From contig CBDCSU010000005.1 of the NCBI GenBank assembly GCA_965221775.1, forward strand, positions 704,001-768,000: DNA of 64,000 nt, in the 5' to 3' direction. Below the pieces are notes generated by a model. That model was not told the origin of the DNA. It ran no database searches and saw nothing but the letters and a program-made list of their open reading frames with translations. The stretch is from Candidatus Latescibacterota bacterium. GTDB lineage: Bacteria > Latescibacterota > UBA2968 > UBA8231. How positions within the stretch are numbered: position 1 is the first letter of the stretch; every line of letters starts with the position of its first letter. The position numbers were made by a program, and so were the translations under genes. This document shows positions 18,722 to 27,889 of the stretch, piece by piece.

Positions 18722-20122
18722 TCAGTACCGGACATCGACACCCCGTGCCTCAAGGGCGGGGATCTGTTCGTTGATGGCCTCCTCGCTGAGGGGGTTGCCG
18801 CTCAGATGTATTGTATCGCCTTCACCCAGGCCGGGGTTGGCGACTAGGGGACCGATGTCCTGGATCTGGTTGCCACCCAACCCAAGCCAGTTCAGATTGG
18901 TCAACGTGGCGAGAGGGCTTGTATCGACGATCTCGTTGTCCTCCAAACCCAAGTGTTGGAGGTTGGTCAAGGCGGCCAGAGGACTCACATCGCCGATCTC
19001 GTTGGAATCCATCCACAGCACTTCCAGGCTGATCAGGAGGCCCACGGAACTCACATCTCCCATCCGGCCCTTGCCGAGGGCCAGCGTCTTCAAGCGGGGC
19101 AAGGCGGCCAGAGCGCTCACATCAACGATCTCGTTGCCCTGCACATACAGGGCTTCCAGATTGGTCAGGGCGGCCAGAGGTCTTACGTCGACGACCTCGT
19201 TGAAGTTCAGCCCCAGCGACTCCAGGCGGGTCAGGGAGGCCAGAGGGCCCACATCAACGATCTTGTTGGAGAACAGCCCCAACCATTCAAGGCCGGTCAA
19301 TTGCCCGACACCCGCCAAGCTGTGGATGTTCCGCTTGTCTGCCCTCAGTGATCTCACCGAAGCAATCTTCTGTCGGGTCATCCGCCCATCCGGGAGGAAC
19401 AAGGCGTCCCTCACGGCTGCTTCCAGGTTCTCATCCTCGAACCACTCGGTCTGAAGAACTACCCCGCTGGATGGAAGCAGGTTGCTGCCCGGATAGACCG
19501 CCGCTCTGAAGGTGGGGGTCTTTGGGAGATGATCCGTGCGCCGCAGGTGCTCCATCAGTGTTTCCACGGCCTCTGCCTGGTCCATGTCGATCGTCAGGGC
19601 GCTGTCGTCGAGCCTGACGGCCACCACTCCCCCCTGACCGCTCCAGCTCCGGCCCAGGAATGCGGCTACGGCTTCCCAGCCCACCAGCCGGTCCGACTCG
19701 GACAGCCTTTCGACGCTCCGGTCAATCCGCCAGTCGATGGCGGCCAGTCCCGCCGGCAGGTCGACGGGATCCCCGGGCCTCATCGCCAGGCGCAGGGGGT
19801 CCCCTTCGGGGCGAGCCCACAGCAGCGTCTCCTGGAGCAGACCGGAGGGATCGACGCAGCGCAGGGCTACCAGGCTGTCCGGCCGGCCCTGGTACTCCAC
19901 TTGGATGCCGGCCAGCGCCTGTCCCGCTTCGTCTGCGAGATGCACCCATACGCCGCGAGGAAACTCCGGGGACTCGATCATCACCCGGCCAGCGGCATCG
20001 CTCACGGCCTGAGCGCGGCCGGAGGGATCGGTTCCTGCGGCGAAGGGGGACTCCGTCTCGGCCGGTGACGCGGAGGGTGTCAGCGCCAGGAGAAGTCCGG
20101 CTCGAAGGATTGCGCGGTACAT
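18722..20122 (-). CDS. Secreted internalin-like leucine-rich repeat protein
   Basis: Signal peptide at MYRAILRAG; 22-aa repeats LAALTNLxxLxLxxNEIxDVSP; FEDENLEAAVR cap; LSGNPLS C-cap. Confidence 0.85.
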   Translation of the reverse strand: MYRAILRAGLLLALTPSASPAETESPFAAGTDPSGRAQAVSDAAGRVMIESPEFPRGVWVHLADEAGQALAGIQVEYQGRPDSLVALRCVDPSGLLQETLLWARPEGDPLRLAMRPGDPVDLPAGLAAIDWRIDRSVERLSESDRLVGWEAVAAFLGRSWSGQGGVVAVRLDDSALTIDMDQAEAVETLMEHLRRTDHLPKTPTFRAAVYPGSNLLPSSGVVLQTEWFEDENLEAAVRDALFLPDGRMTRQKIASVRSLRADKRNIHSLAGVGQLTGLEWLGLFSNKIVDVGPLASLTRLESLGLNFNEVVDVRPLAALTNLEALYVQGNEIVDVSALAALPRLKTLALGKGRMGDVSSVGLLISLEVLWMDSNEIGDVSPLAALTNLQHLGLEDNEIVDTSPLATLTNLNWLGLGGNQIQDIGPLVANPGLGEGDTIHLSGNPLSEEAINEQIPALEARGVDVRY

Positions 20123-20215
20123 GGAGGGCCTTGGCAGGAATATACCACCCGGCAGCCGTGAAGCGATTCGGTTTCTCCCAGGCACGGAGGACCGATCTGC
20201 AGCCCGCCCGGAGGG

Positions 20216-22564
20216 CTACTCGCGAGCCACCGGCCTCAGCACCTGCACCGTCTCCGCTTCCGCCTCGATCCGCGGCCAGTCCCACAACTGCGGAATGTAC
20301 TCCAGGTCCGCCCACTTTCTCGCCTGGTCGGCGTAATGGGGGCTGCCGGGATGGCCGGAGGCCCCCAGGGGTACGATCCACAGGGAGCGGCTCCAGTCGG
20401 AGGGATCGTGGATGTAGCGGTTGACGGAGAGGCCGGTGACGGTGAAGGGGCCCTTGGGCGGGAAGCTCCCCGCCAGGGGCGTGTCGGAGTCGCCGTGGAC
20501 GGCCAGGGCCGGCGGGTCGAGCCATTCGGCGCAGTCGGGGAAAGTGTCGGACAGGGGATGCCGCGGCCGGGTGCGGTGCAGGCGGCCCCAGGTCCAGGTG
20601 GAGATCTCCTGCCCCAGCTCGGCGGATAGCGCGTCGACGGCTTTCTCCAGCGCCGGGACGACAAGGCGGCTCCAGTCGCCAACGGGGATCGGCAGCGCGG
20701 AGGGGTCGTTCCGCTCCATGGCCTGGTGCAGGGCCAGCACCGTCTCGCGCAGGACGGAGTCGGCACCGGCGGCGCCCGAGAGCACCTCCGTGGCCGCCTC
20801 GCCGAACAACTCCTTCACCACGCGCAGAACCATCTGTTTTCTCACTGACCCGTGGATGGTGGGCGCCACCCGGTCGCGGTCGACGCGGCCGTCCCACTCC
20901 ACCAGGACCTTCGCGGCCTCGGCGGCGCGGCCCTCCAGCCCTTCGACGGAGCCCAGCACCCCGCAGAACACGCGGGCGGGGTTGGAGATCATGTCGGCGT
21001 GGATCGCCGCCATGTCGTCGATGGCGGCGCCGCCGGGCCGCAGGTCGAGGAGGTGCGCCTGCACGCGGCGGGCCCGGAAGTCGTGGGAGAAGTTCAGGCC
21101 CACGTAGTAGGGATAGTCGTGGCCGGCGACGCGCTGGTTGCAGGTGACGGTGTACCCGCACTCCGGGTTGAGCGCCCTGGGCAGCTCGTCGTGCGGGATG
21201 TAGCCGTCCCACTCGTGGTCGCCGCTCCAGCCGGGCACGGCCCGCCAGCCGTTGGCCTCGCCCCGGACCGGGATCAAACCCTCGTGGAGATAGCCGAAGT
21301 TCCCCTCCACGTCGGCCACGGCGTAGTTGTTGACGCGGTCGGTCCAGTTGCGGAAGGCGTGGTGCAGACCGTCGACGCTCTCCGCCCTCATGGCGTCGCG
21401 GGCGGCGTCCAGCCACGGGGTGCCTTCCCGCAGGCCGGGGTCGCCGATGGCGATGCCGTACCCGGCGGCCGGGTCGCCGGCGATGACGGGTCCGTGATGG
21501 GTGATGGTGATCTCCACAGGCTCGGCGGAGCCGCCGCGGACGTCGATCGACTCGCGCAGGACCTCGGCGGGCACCCACTCGCCCTTGAACTCGTAGTCGC
21601 GGCCGTCGGCGGTCTCGCGGAAGCGCTCGATGAACAGGTCCTGCGTGTCGGCGCCGCCGTGGGTCATGCCCCAGGCGACGCGCTCGTTGTGGCAGAAATG
21701 GAGGGCCCCAGGCACCCCCGGCACCGAGTGGCCGATGACGTGAATGGTGGGACAGGAGAGGTGCACCTGGTAGTAGACGGAGGGCACGTCGAGGCCGCGG
21801 TGGGAGTCGCCGGCCACCAGGGGCGCGCCCGATTCGGTCAGCTCTCCGGAGATCGACCAGCCGTTGGAGCCGACCTCGATCTCGCCGAGCCAGTTGGCCT
21901 CGCGCACGGCGCCGTCGAGGGCCTCCAGGCCGTCGAGAAGGGGCCCCTCGTACTCCGCTCCGGGAGGCACGGTGAGCAGATTGCCGCGCGGATACCCCTT
22001 CATTAGCTTGGCGAGAGGTTCCGCCAGGCCCTTGGCCGCCAGCCGCGTGCGGAACAGCTTCGCCTCGAACGTCCCGAGCAGAGTGTTGCGGATCTTGTAC
22101 ACCGCCGCGCAGTGCCAGTCCTCCCACGGCTCCGGTTCCTTCTCAAGCAGCGAGTACTCCACCGGCAGGGCGCTGGTCGTCTCGATGAAGGCGTTGACCC
22201 CTTCGGCGTACGCCTGGACCATCTCGCGCGCCCGCGGACTGCTGGCCTCCAGATCACGCCGGGCGGCGCGTCCCATGCCGGCGGCGCGCAGCAGCCGGTC
22301 GCGCTCGAGGCCGGCGGCGCCGACGAACTCCGACCAGCGGCCGAGGGCCTGGTGGCGGTCGGCGTCCATGTGCCAGAGGCGGTCCTGGGCGGTGACGAAG
22401 CCCTGGGCGAAGAACAGGTCCCACTCGTCGGCGGCGCGGATGTGGGGGATGCCCCAGGGGTCGCGGAGGACTTCCACCGGCTCCCGCAGTCCGGGCAGGG
22501 ACAGGGGCGACGTCACGTCGGGCAGGGCGGCCTGCAGGTCGTCGCGGGTGATCTCTCTCGTCAT
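20216..22564 (-). CDS. Penicillin acylase family (Ntn-hydrolase)
   Basis: RDPWGIPHI, AQDRLW, GSNGW nucleophile site, GASGHPGSPHYADQ. Confidence 0.92.
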   Translation of the reverse strand: MTREITRDDLQAALPDVTSPLSLPGLREPVEVLRDPWGIPHIRAADEWDLFFAQGFVTAQDRLWHMDADRHQALGRWSEFVGAAGLERDRLLRAAGMGRAARRDLEASSPRAREMVQAYAEGVNAFIETTSALPVEYSLLEKEPEPWEDWHCAAVYKIRNTLLGTFEAKLFRTRLAAKGLAEPLAKLMKGYPRGNLLTVPPGAEYEGPLLDGLEALDGAVREANWLGEIEVGSNGWSISGELTESGAPLVAGDSHRGLDVPSVYYQVHLSCPTIHVIGHSVPGVPGALHFCHNERVAWGMTHGGADTQDLFIERFRETADGRDYEFKGEWVPAEVLRESIDVRGGSAEPVEITITHHGPVIAGDPAAGYGIAIGDPGLREGTPWLDAARDAMRAESVDGLHHAFRNWTDRVNNYAVADVEGNFGYLHEGLIPVRGEANGWRAVPGWSGDHEWDGYIPHDELPRALNPECGYTVTCNQRVAGHDYPYYVGLNFSHDFRARRVQAHLLDLRPGGAAIDDMAAIHADMISNPARVFCGVLGSVEGLEGRAAEAAKVLVEWDGRVDRDRVAPTIHGSVRKQMVLRVVKELFGEAATEVLSGAAGADSVLRETVLALHQAMERNDPSALPIPVGDWSRLVVPALEKAVDALSAELGQEISTWTWGRLHRTRPRHPLSDTFPDCAEWLDPPALAVHGDSDTPLAGSFPPKGPFTVTGLSVNRYIHDPSDWSRSLWIVPLGASGHPGSPHYADQARKWADLEYIPQLWDWPRIEAEAETVQVLRPVARE

Positions 22565-22603
22565 CTCTCTATCTCCCGTGCCTCACGGGGAGGACGGTTG
22601 CTG

Positions 22604-23368
22604 ATGGCAGGTATTACCCCCGAGGAGAGGTTCCAGTTCGATCTCGAAGGGTATCTCGTGGTGCCCGGCGTGCTCGACGGCCGGGAGGTGGCGCGGCTCA
22701 ACGAGCTGGCCGACGAGGTATGGGCCGGCGAGCCGGACGAGGGCGGCCTGCGGCGTACGAGCCGGGTCTCGCAATGGGGCCCTGACTTCCGCGACCTGAT
22801 CGATCATCCCCGCATCCTTCCGTACCTGGTGGAATGGCTGGGGCCGAAGTTCCGCATCGATCACGACTACTGCATCTTCATGAGCCCCGGCACCTCCCGG
22901 GGCAGCCTGCACGGCGGGCCGGCGCCCCAGTCGGGGGAGGGCGACCACTGGTACCGCTACTACCCCGACGGCACGATCCGCAACGGCCTCACCGTCTTCA
23001 CCTACAACCTGAGCGACTGCAATCCCGGCGACGGCGGCTTCGCCTGCATCCCGGGGAGCCACAAGACCAACCTGCGTTCCAGCGTGCCCCGGGAGGTGAT
23101 GCGCTTCGAGCGCCCCGCCCACTATGTGCGGCAGCCGCCGGCGAAGGCGGGGGACCTCCTCATCTTCACCGAAGCGCTGATCCACGGCACCCTCCCTTGG
23201 ACGGCCAGCCACGAACGCCGGGCCCTGCTCTACAAGTACAGCCCCGGCCACTCCGCCTGGAGCGACACCTGGTACGATCCCGCCGACTACCCGGGAGCGA
23301 CGGAGCAACAGATCCGCATCATGGCCCCACCCTCCGTGGGACGGCGGCCCGACTCGGTGCAGGCTTGA
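22604..23368 (+). CDS. PhyH-family Fe(II)/2-oxoglutarate oxygenase (HxG variant)
   Basis: FDLEGYLVV, LHGG, GGFACIPGSHK, AGDLLIF..LIHGT, RRAL. Confidence 0.85.
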   Translation: MAGITPEERFQFDLEGYLVVPGVLDGREVARLNELADEVWAGEPDEGGLRRTSRVSQWGPDFRDLIDHPRILPYLVEWLGPKFRIDHDYCIFMSPGTSRGSLHGGPAPQSGEGDHWYRYYPDGTIRNGLTVFTYNLSDCNPGDGGFACIPGSHKTNLRSSVPREVMRFERPAHYVRQPPAKAGDLLIFTEALIHGTLPWTASHERRALLYKYSPGHSAWSDTWYDPADYPGATEQQIRIMAPPSVGRRPDSVQA

Positions 23369-23520
23369 AGGGATTCCCCGACGGTATAGCGGACCCGCGC
23401 GACACGGATCCGGAGCGCCGCTACAAGATGCTCTGCCGGGACGGGACGGTAAAGCGGAAGCCGGGCGTCGGCCCCCGCGACCACGCAGGTCTCTCGTTTC
23501 CCATCGGCTGAGGATTCTCC

Positions 23521-26232
23521 ATGCCATCGCACGACCACGTCTGGGTCACCCGCGGCTTCGAGGCCTTCCGCCGTGGGACCTTCGGCAACGCCGGCCAGAA
23601 CCTCTACGTCTCGCGCGCCGGCGTGCTGCAGCGCATCCATCACCTCGACCTCGACCGCGACGGCTACGTGGACCTCGTGTTCTGCAACGCCCAGGTGCAC
23701 ATGGAGGCGCCGCCCGCCTACGTCTATCACGACGTCTTCGGCGAATGCCGACTCACCGAGCTGCCCGCCGGCGGCAGCCCGACCGCGGCGGTGGCCGACA
23801 TCAGCGGCGACGGCTACGCCGACCTGATCATCGGCAACGAGAAGAGCGGCAACGCCGGGCGCCTGAACGCCAACATCTACTTCGGCTCGCCCGAGGGGTT
23901 GAGCGAGCGCTACCAGAAGCTGCTGCCCGCCCACAAGTGCACCTCGGTGGCCGCCGGCGACTTCGACGGCGACGGACGGGTGGACCTGGCCTTCCTGACC
24001 GAGGGCCGCGTGCGGCTGTTCTGCCAGACCGAGCTGGGGATCGAGGCCAAGAGATACGTCGACACCGAGATCGAGGGGGTGCAGCTCGGGGCCGCCGACC
24101 TGGACGGCGACGGCTTCGACGAGCTGATCGTCACCGCCGACGACGGGCCGCCGCGGATCTACTGGGGCGGCGAGGGCGGGATCGACCCCGACCGCTGCAC
24201 GGAGGTGCCGCCCCCCGAGGGCTGGGAGCCGTCCGGCCTGGCCGAGACCGAGCTGCTCTCCGAGGAGGAGCGAGTGGGGCCGGTGGCGCCGCTGGCGACC
24301 GCCCTCGAGATCGGCGGCGAGCGGCTGCTCTTCGTGGCCGGCGGTCCCTCCCAGTTCCTGGTGCCTGTGGGCGATGACCGCGCCTTCGGCCGGCCCCTGA
24401 CCTTCGGCTGCCGCAACGCCCTCTCCGTGGCCGCCGGCGACTTCGACGGCGACGGACAGCTCGACCTCGCCTTCGCCTGCCGCGACGTGGACGGCGGCGA
24501 CGAGTGCAGCTGGCTCTACTTCGGCGGCAATGATGGGTTCTCCGAAGAGGCCCGCCTGGCCGTGCCGACCCACCGCGCCTGCGACGCGGTCCTGGCCGAC
24601 CTGAGCGGCGACGGCGCCAGCGACCTGGTGATCTGCCAGCAGCGCACGGCCCGGCTCTTCAGCGTCGACTCCCTGGCCTTTGCCGGCGGCGCCCGCCGCC
24701 TCGGCGAGCCGGTGCGGCTGCCCGCCCACGGCGCCCGGCGGGTGCTGGCGGCGCGGTTCTCCGACGATCCCCTGCCCCAGGTAGTCTTCGCCAACGCCGA
24801 GGGCCGGCGCGCCGACCAGGGCGTGGACAGCTACCTCTACTACGGCGGGCCGGACGGGTTCTCGCCCGAGAGACGCACGGAACTGCGCAGCCCCGGCACC
24901 GCCGGGGCCCTGGCCTGCGACATCGACGACGACGGCTGGGCGGACCTGCTGTTCATCAACAGCTGGGAGAACGCCATCCACCTCGACGCCGGCTCCTACC
25001 TCTACCGCGGCGGCCCGGAGGGCTTCCACAACGAGCCCGACCTGGTGATCCCCACGCGCTACGGCTGGTTCGCCGCCACGGCCGACCTCGACCGCGACGG
25101 CTACCTCGACCTCGTGGTCTCCCACTTCCACCGACCGGAGATCAACATCTACCGCGGCGTCCCCGGCGGCTTCGACCTGGAGTCGCCCGAGGTGTTCACG
25201 GTGCTGGATGGCCCCGGCGACTACATCCCGCCCCGGCGGCTGGCCCTGGCCGACTTCGACCGCGACGGGTGGCTGGACCTGGTCATCTCCGGCACCGGCC
25301 TGAACCGCCTGGTGATCCTGCGCGGCGGCCCCGACGGGTTCAGCCCCGAGCGGCGCTGGACGCTGCCCACCTCCAACATCTCCGGTTACCCCGTGGCCCA
25401 CGACCTCACCGGCAACGGCTGGCCCGACCTGCTCCTCGGCGGCGGCAAGCCGACCTTCGGCCAGCCCCACGACTCCTTCAACCACATCTTCTGGAACGGT
25501 CCCGAGGGCCTGCGCGCCGACCGCCAGACGCAGCTGCCCTGCAACACCGGGCACCGGGTGGCGGTGGCCGACTTCAACGGCGACGGCGTCCCCGACCTGC
25601 TGTGCTGCGGCTACACGAGCACCGTCGAGCGCGACATCGACGCCCTCATCTACTGGGGCAACCGCGAGACCGGCTTCCGCCCCGGCGACTTCACGCGGCT
25701 CCGGGCCCACTCCTCGGCCGGCTGCCTGGCGGCCGACTTCAACGGCAACGGCTACGTCGACATCGCCATCGCCAACCACAAGACCTTCGGCGATCACGTG
25801 GGCGAGTCCTTCGTCTACTGGAACGGCCCGGAGGGGTTCACCGAGGAGCGCTGCACCCGCCTGCCCACGTCGGGCCCCCACGACCTCGCCTTCGCCCAGA
25901 CCCGCAACATGACGGACAACTCCGAGCAGGAGTACTACGTCTCCGAGCCGCAGCACCTGCCCGAGGGGGCGCGGGTGCGGCGCCTGGACTGGGAGGCGGA
26001 GCTGGGGCCGAAGACCTGGGTGCGGGCCCAACTGCGCAGCGCCCCGTCGCCCGAGGGGCTGGAGGCGGCGCCGTGGACCACCGGCCGGGAGGAGGAGTGG
26101 CTGGAGCGGAGGGAGGCGGTGCCTGAGGAGGCTACCCAGGGGCGGTGGATCCAGTACCGGCTGGCCCTCGGGGCGGTCAGCGGCGGCTGCACCCCGAGGG
26201 TGACAGAGGTGCGGGTCGAGCACGGGAGTTGA
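23521..26232 (+). CDS. FG-GAP/VCBS repeat beta-propeller protein
   Basis: Many (A/G)D(F/L)(D/N)(G/R)DGxxDL repeats with Y(W/F)GGP.G motifs. Confidence 0.88.
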   Translation: MPSHDHVWVTRGFEAFRRGTFGNAGQNLYVSRAGVLQRIHHLDLDRDGYVDLVFCNAQVHMEAPPAYVYHDVFGECRLTELPAGGSPTAAVADISGDGYADLIIGNEKSGNAGRLNANIYFGSPEGLSERYQKLLPAHKCTSVAAGDFDGDGRVDLAFLTEGRVRLFCQTELGIEAKRYVDTEIEGVQLGAADLDGDGFDELIVTADDGPPRIYWGGEGGIDPDRCTEVPPPEGWEPSGLAETELLSEEERVGPVAPLATALEIGGERLLFVAGGPSQFLVPVGDDRAFGRPLTFGCRNALSVAAGDFDGDGQLDLAFACRDVDGGDECSWLYFGGNDGFSEEARLAVPTHRACDAVLADLSGDGASDLVICQQRTARLFSVDSLAFAGGARRLGEPVRLPAHGARRVLAARFSDDPLPQVVFANAEGRRADQGVDSYLYYGGPDGFSPERRTELRSPGTAGALACDIDDDGWADLLFINSWENAIHLDAGSYLYRGGPEGFHNEPDLVIPTRYGWFAATADLDRDGYLDLVVSHFHRPEINIYRGVPGGFDLESPEVFTVLDGPGDYIPPRRLALADFDRDGWLDLVISGTGLNRLVILRGGPDGFSPERRWTLPTSNISGYPVAHDLTGNGWPDLLLGGGKPTFGQPHDSFNHIFWNGPEGLRADRQTQLPCNTGHRVAVADFNGDGVPDLLCCGYTSTVERDIDALIYWGNRETGFRPGDFTRLRAHSSAGCLAADFNGNGYVDIAIANHKTFGDHVGESFVYWNGPEGFTEERCTRLPTSGPHDLAFAQTRNMTDNSEQEYYVSEPQHLPEGARVRRLDWEAELGPKTWVRAQLRSAPSPEGLEAAPWTTGREEEWLERREAVPEEATQGRWIQYRLALGAVSGGCTPRVTEVRVEHGS

Positions 26233-26640
26233 GGGCCGGCCCGGGCAGGATGCCGGCGGCTTGGTGACATCCCGAGCTTGCGCGAGAGCCGGGTGCCGCT
26301 GAGGATCTGCGCGGGGCTGGGGCCGAGGTGGCTGGACCCCGCGCGTTTCGGAGATGCGGGCGGGTCGAGCAAGGCCGCTGAAGGCCAGGAGCTCTGCGCC
26401 GGCGTAGCGGCACCCCGCGCGTGCGCGAAGGAAGAAGGGCTCGAGCCGACCGCTGAGGACCTGCGGGCCGGTTGCCGCGCCACGGTTATACCGCGGTTGT
26501 GCGCGACAGGTCGAGCAAGAGGCCGCTGAGGGCCAGCGAGGACTGCTGCCGCGCAGGCGTGACACCCTCGCGGGCGCCGGGTGCGGTCGAGCGCAGCGCT
26601 GAAGATTCGCGCCGGCAGGATGCCGCGCGCCCGCTGCTTC
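26214..26640 (+). repeat. Degenerate ~70-79 bp tandem repeat array between convergent genes
   Basis: Core (GTC)GAGC-N5-8-GCTGA(A/G)G; CGCTGA at 26297, 26376, 26451, 26524, 26597; GGCAGGATGCCG at 26244 and 26614. Confidence 0.6.
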
Positions 26641-27889
26641 AGATCACTCCCGACAGATCCGCCACGAAGAGCTGGCGCACGCCCTCCGGGCACGCCTGCA
26701 AGCAGACCTTGCGGTAGTCGCGGCTCCAGACCGGGTGGCCGTCCAGGCGCAGGGGCCGCTGCTCCAGGGAGCGCTGGTCGATCGTCGGCAGGGAGCACAG
26801 GCCGCGCTGCTCCTGCGCGTGGAGATCGGCCAGGCGCAGCACCACCTCCTGGCCACCGTTGCCGGCGAGGTAGTCCGTGATCAGCCAGCGGCCCGAGGGC
26901 TCGACGCTCGGGTGGCCCCCGCCCTCCAGGGTGTGGCTCAGCAGCCGCCGGCCGGTGCCGTCGCGGCGCACCTGGCAGTAGCGGATCCCGCCCTCCTCCT
27001 CCACGTTGCGCACCAAGTGCTCGCCGTCGCCGTGCCAGTTCGGATGCCCTCCCCCGGCGTTCCAGGGGGAGTCGAAGGGCAGGAAGCACAGGTTGCCGCC
27101 GTCGGGGTCCATGGCGAAGGTGGCGGGGTTCCGCCCCCCGGTGCCGTCCGGGAAGAGACAGCGCAGGACCTGCATGATGCCGGTGCCCTGGCGGTTGAAC
27201 TTGGAGTGCCAGAAGTAGAAGGTGCCGTCCCCCCGGGGCAGGGGGCGCGGCAGGTGGGCGGCAGCCTCGGCCAGGCTCAGCAGCAGGGTGCGCTCGCCGG
27301 TGGTTAGATCCGTGCGCCAGATGCCCTCGTCCTCGGCGGCACCGGGCGGCAGCAGGCGGGGCCGGGCGGAGGCGGCGCAGGGCACGCCGTACCCCGGCTG
27401 GGTGGCGTCCAGCAGTTCCAGCGGAAAACCGATGACGCAGGACTCGTCAGGGGAAATGTGGTACATCGGCCCGGCGAAGACGGTACTCTGCCCGGTGGCG
27501 AGATCGATGCGCACGCAGCGGGCCTCGCCGTCGACGACGTCGTTGGTGTAGAGGTGACGGTCCGTGGCTCCCCAGTTGAGCAGCGCCCCGGTCTGGAACC
27601 CCCAGCAACGGGTGGTGTACACGGTGCGGAGCGCCTGCTCCTGCAGGTCGATGACACAGACCTGCGCCGTGTCGCCCAGGACCGCCGTCCGGTCCTCGAA
27701 GGGCAGGCGGGTCACGGCGAGGTAGCGCTGGGAGGGGCTGAAGGGGCAGACGTCGTAGTAGGTGTGGACGTACGGGGCGTCCCGAGGTGTCACCCGCGTC
27801 ACGGGGACCTCGAAGGCGCCGGGGCGGAAGGGGTCGAAGTCGAAGCGGGACTCCCCCGCCGGGCCGCCCTTCTCCGACTGACGGGTCAG
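26639..27889 (-). CDS. Beta-propeller protein (oligogalacturonate lyase/TolB-like)
   Basis: TYYDVCPFSPS, WGFQTGA, GGGHPNW, RLDGHPVWSRD. Start uncertain (CTG overlapping the upstream TGA, or a downstream GTG). Confidence 0.65.
   Translation of the reverse strand: MTRQSEKGGPAGESRFDFDPFRPGAFEVPVTRVTPRDAPYVHTYYDVCPFSPSQRYLAVTRLPFEDRTAVLGDTAQVCVIDLQEQALRTVYTTRCWGFQTGALLNWGATDRHLYTNDVVDGEARCVRIDLATGQSTVFAGPMYHISPDESCVIGFPLELLDATQPGYGVPCAASARPRLLPPGAAEDEGIWRTDLTTGERTLLLSLAEAAAHLPRPLPRGDGTFYFWHSKFNRQGTGIMQVLRCLFPDGTGGRNPATFAMDPDGGNLCFLPFDSPWNAGGGHPNWHGDGEHLVRNVEEEGGIRYCQVRRDGTGRRLLSHTLEGGGHPSVEPSGRWLITDYLAGNGGQEVVLRLADLHAQEQRGLCSLPTIDQRSLEQRPLRLDGHPVWSRDYRKVCLQACPEGVRQLFVADLSGVI

Noticed and set aside
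26214-26640. CRISPR array or hammerhead ribozyme array
   Set aside because: Repeats vary in length and sequence, the intervening DNA is mutually similar, no cas genes are present, and CTGANGA cores lack the downstream GAAA.
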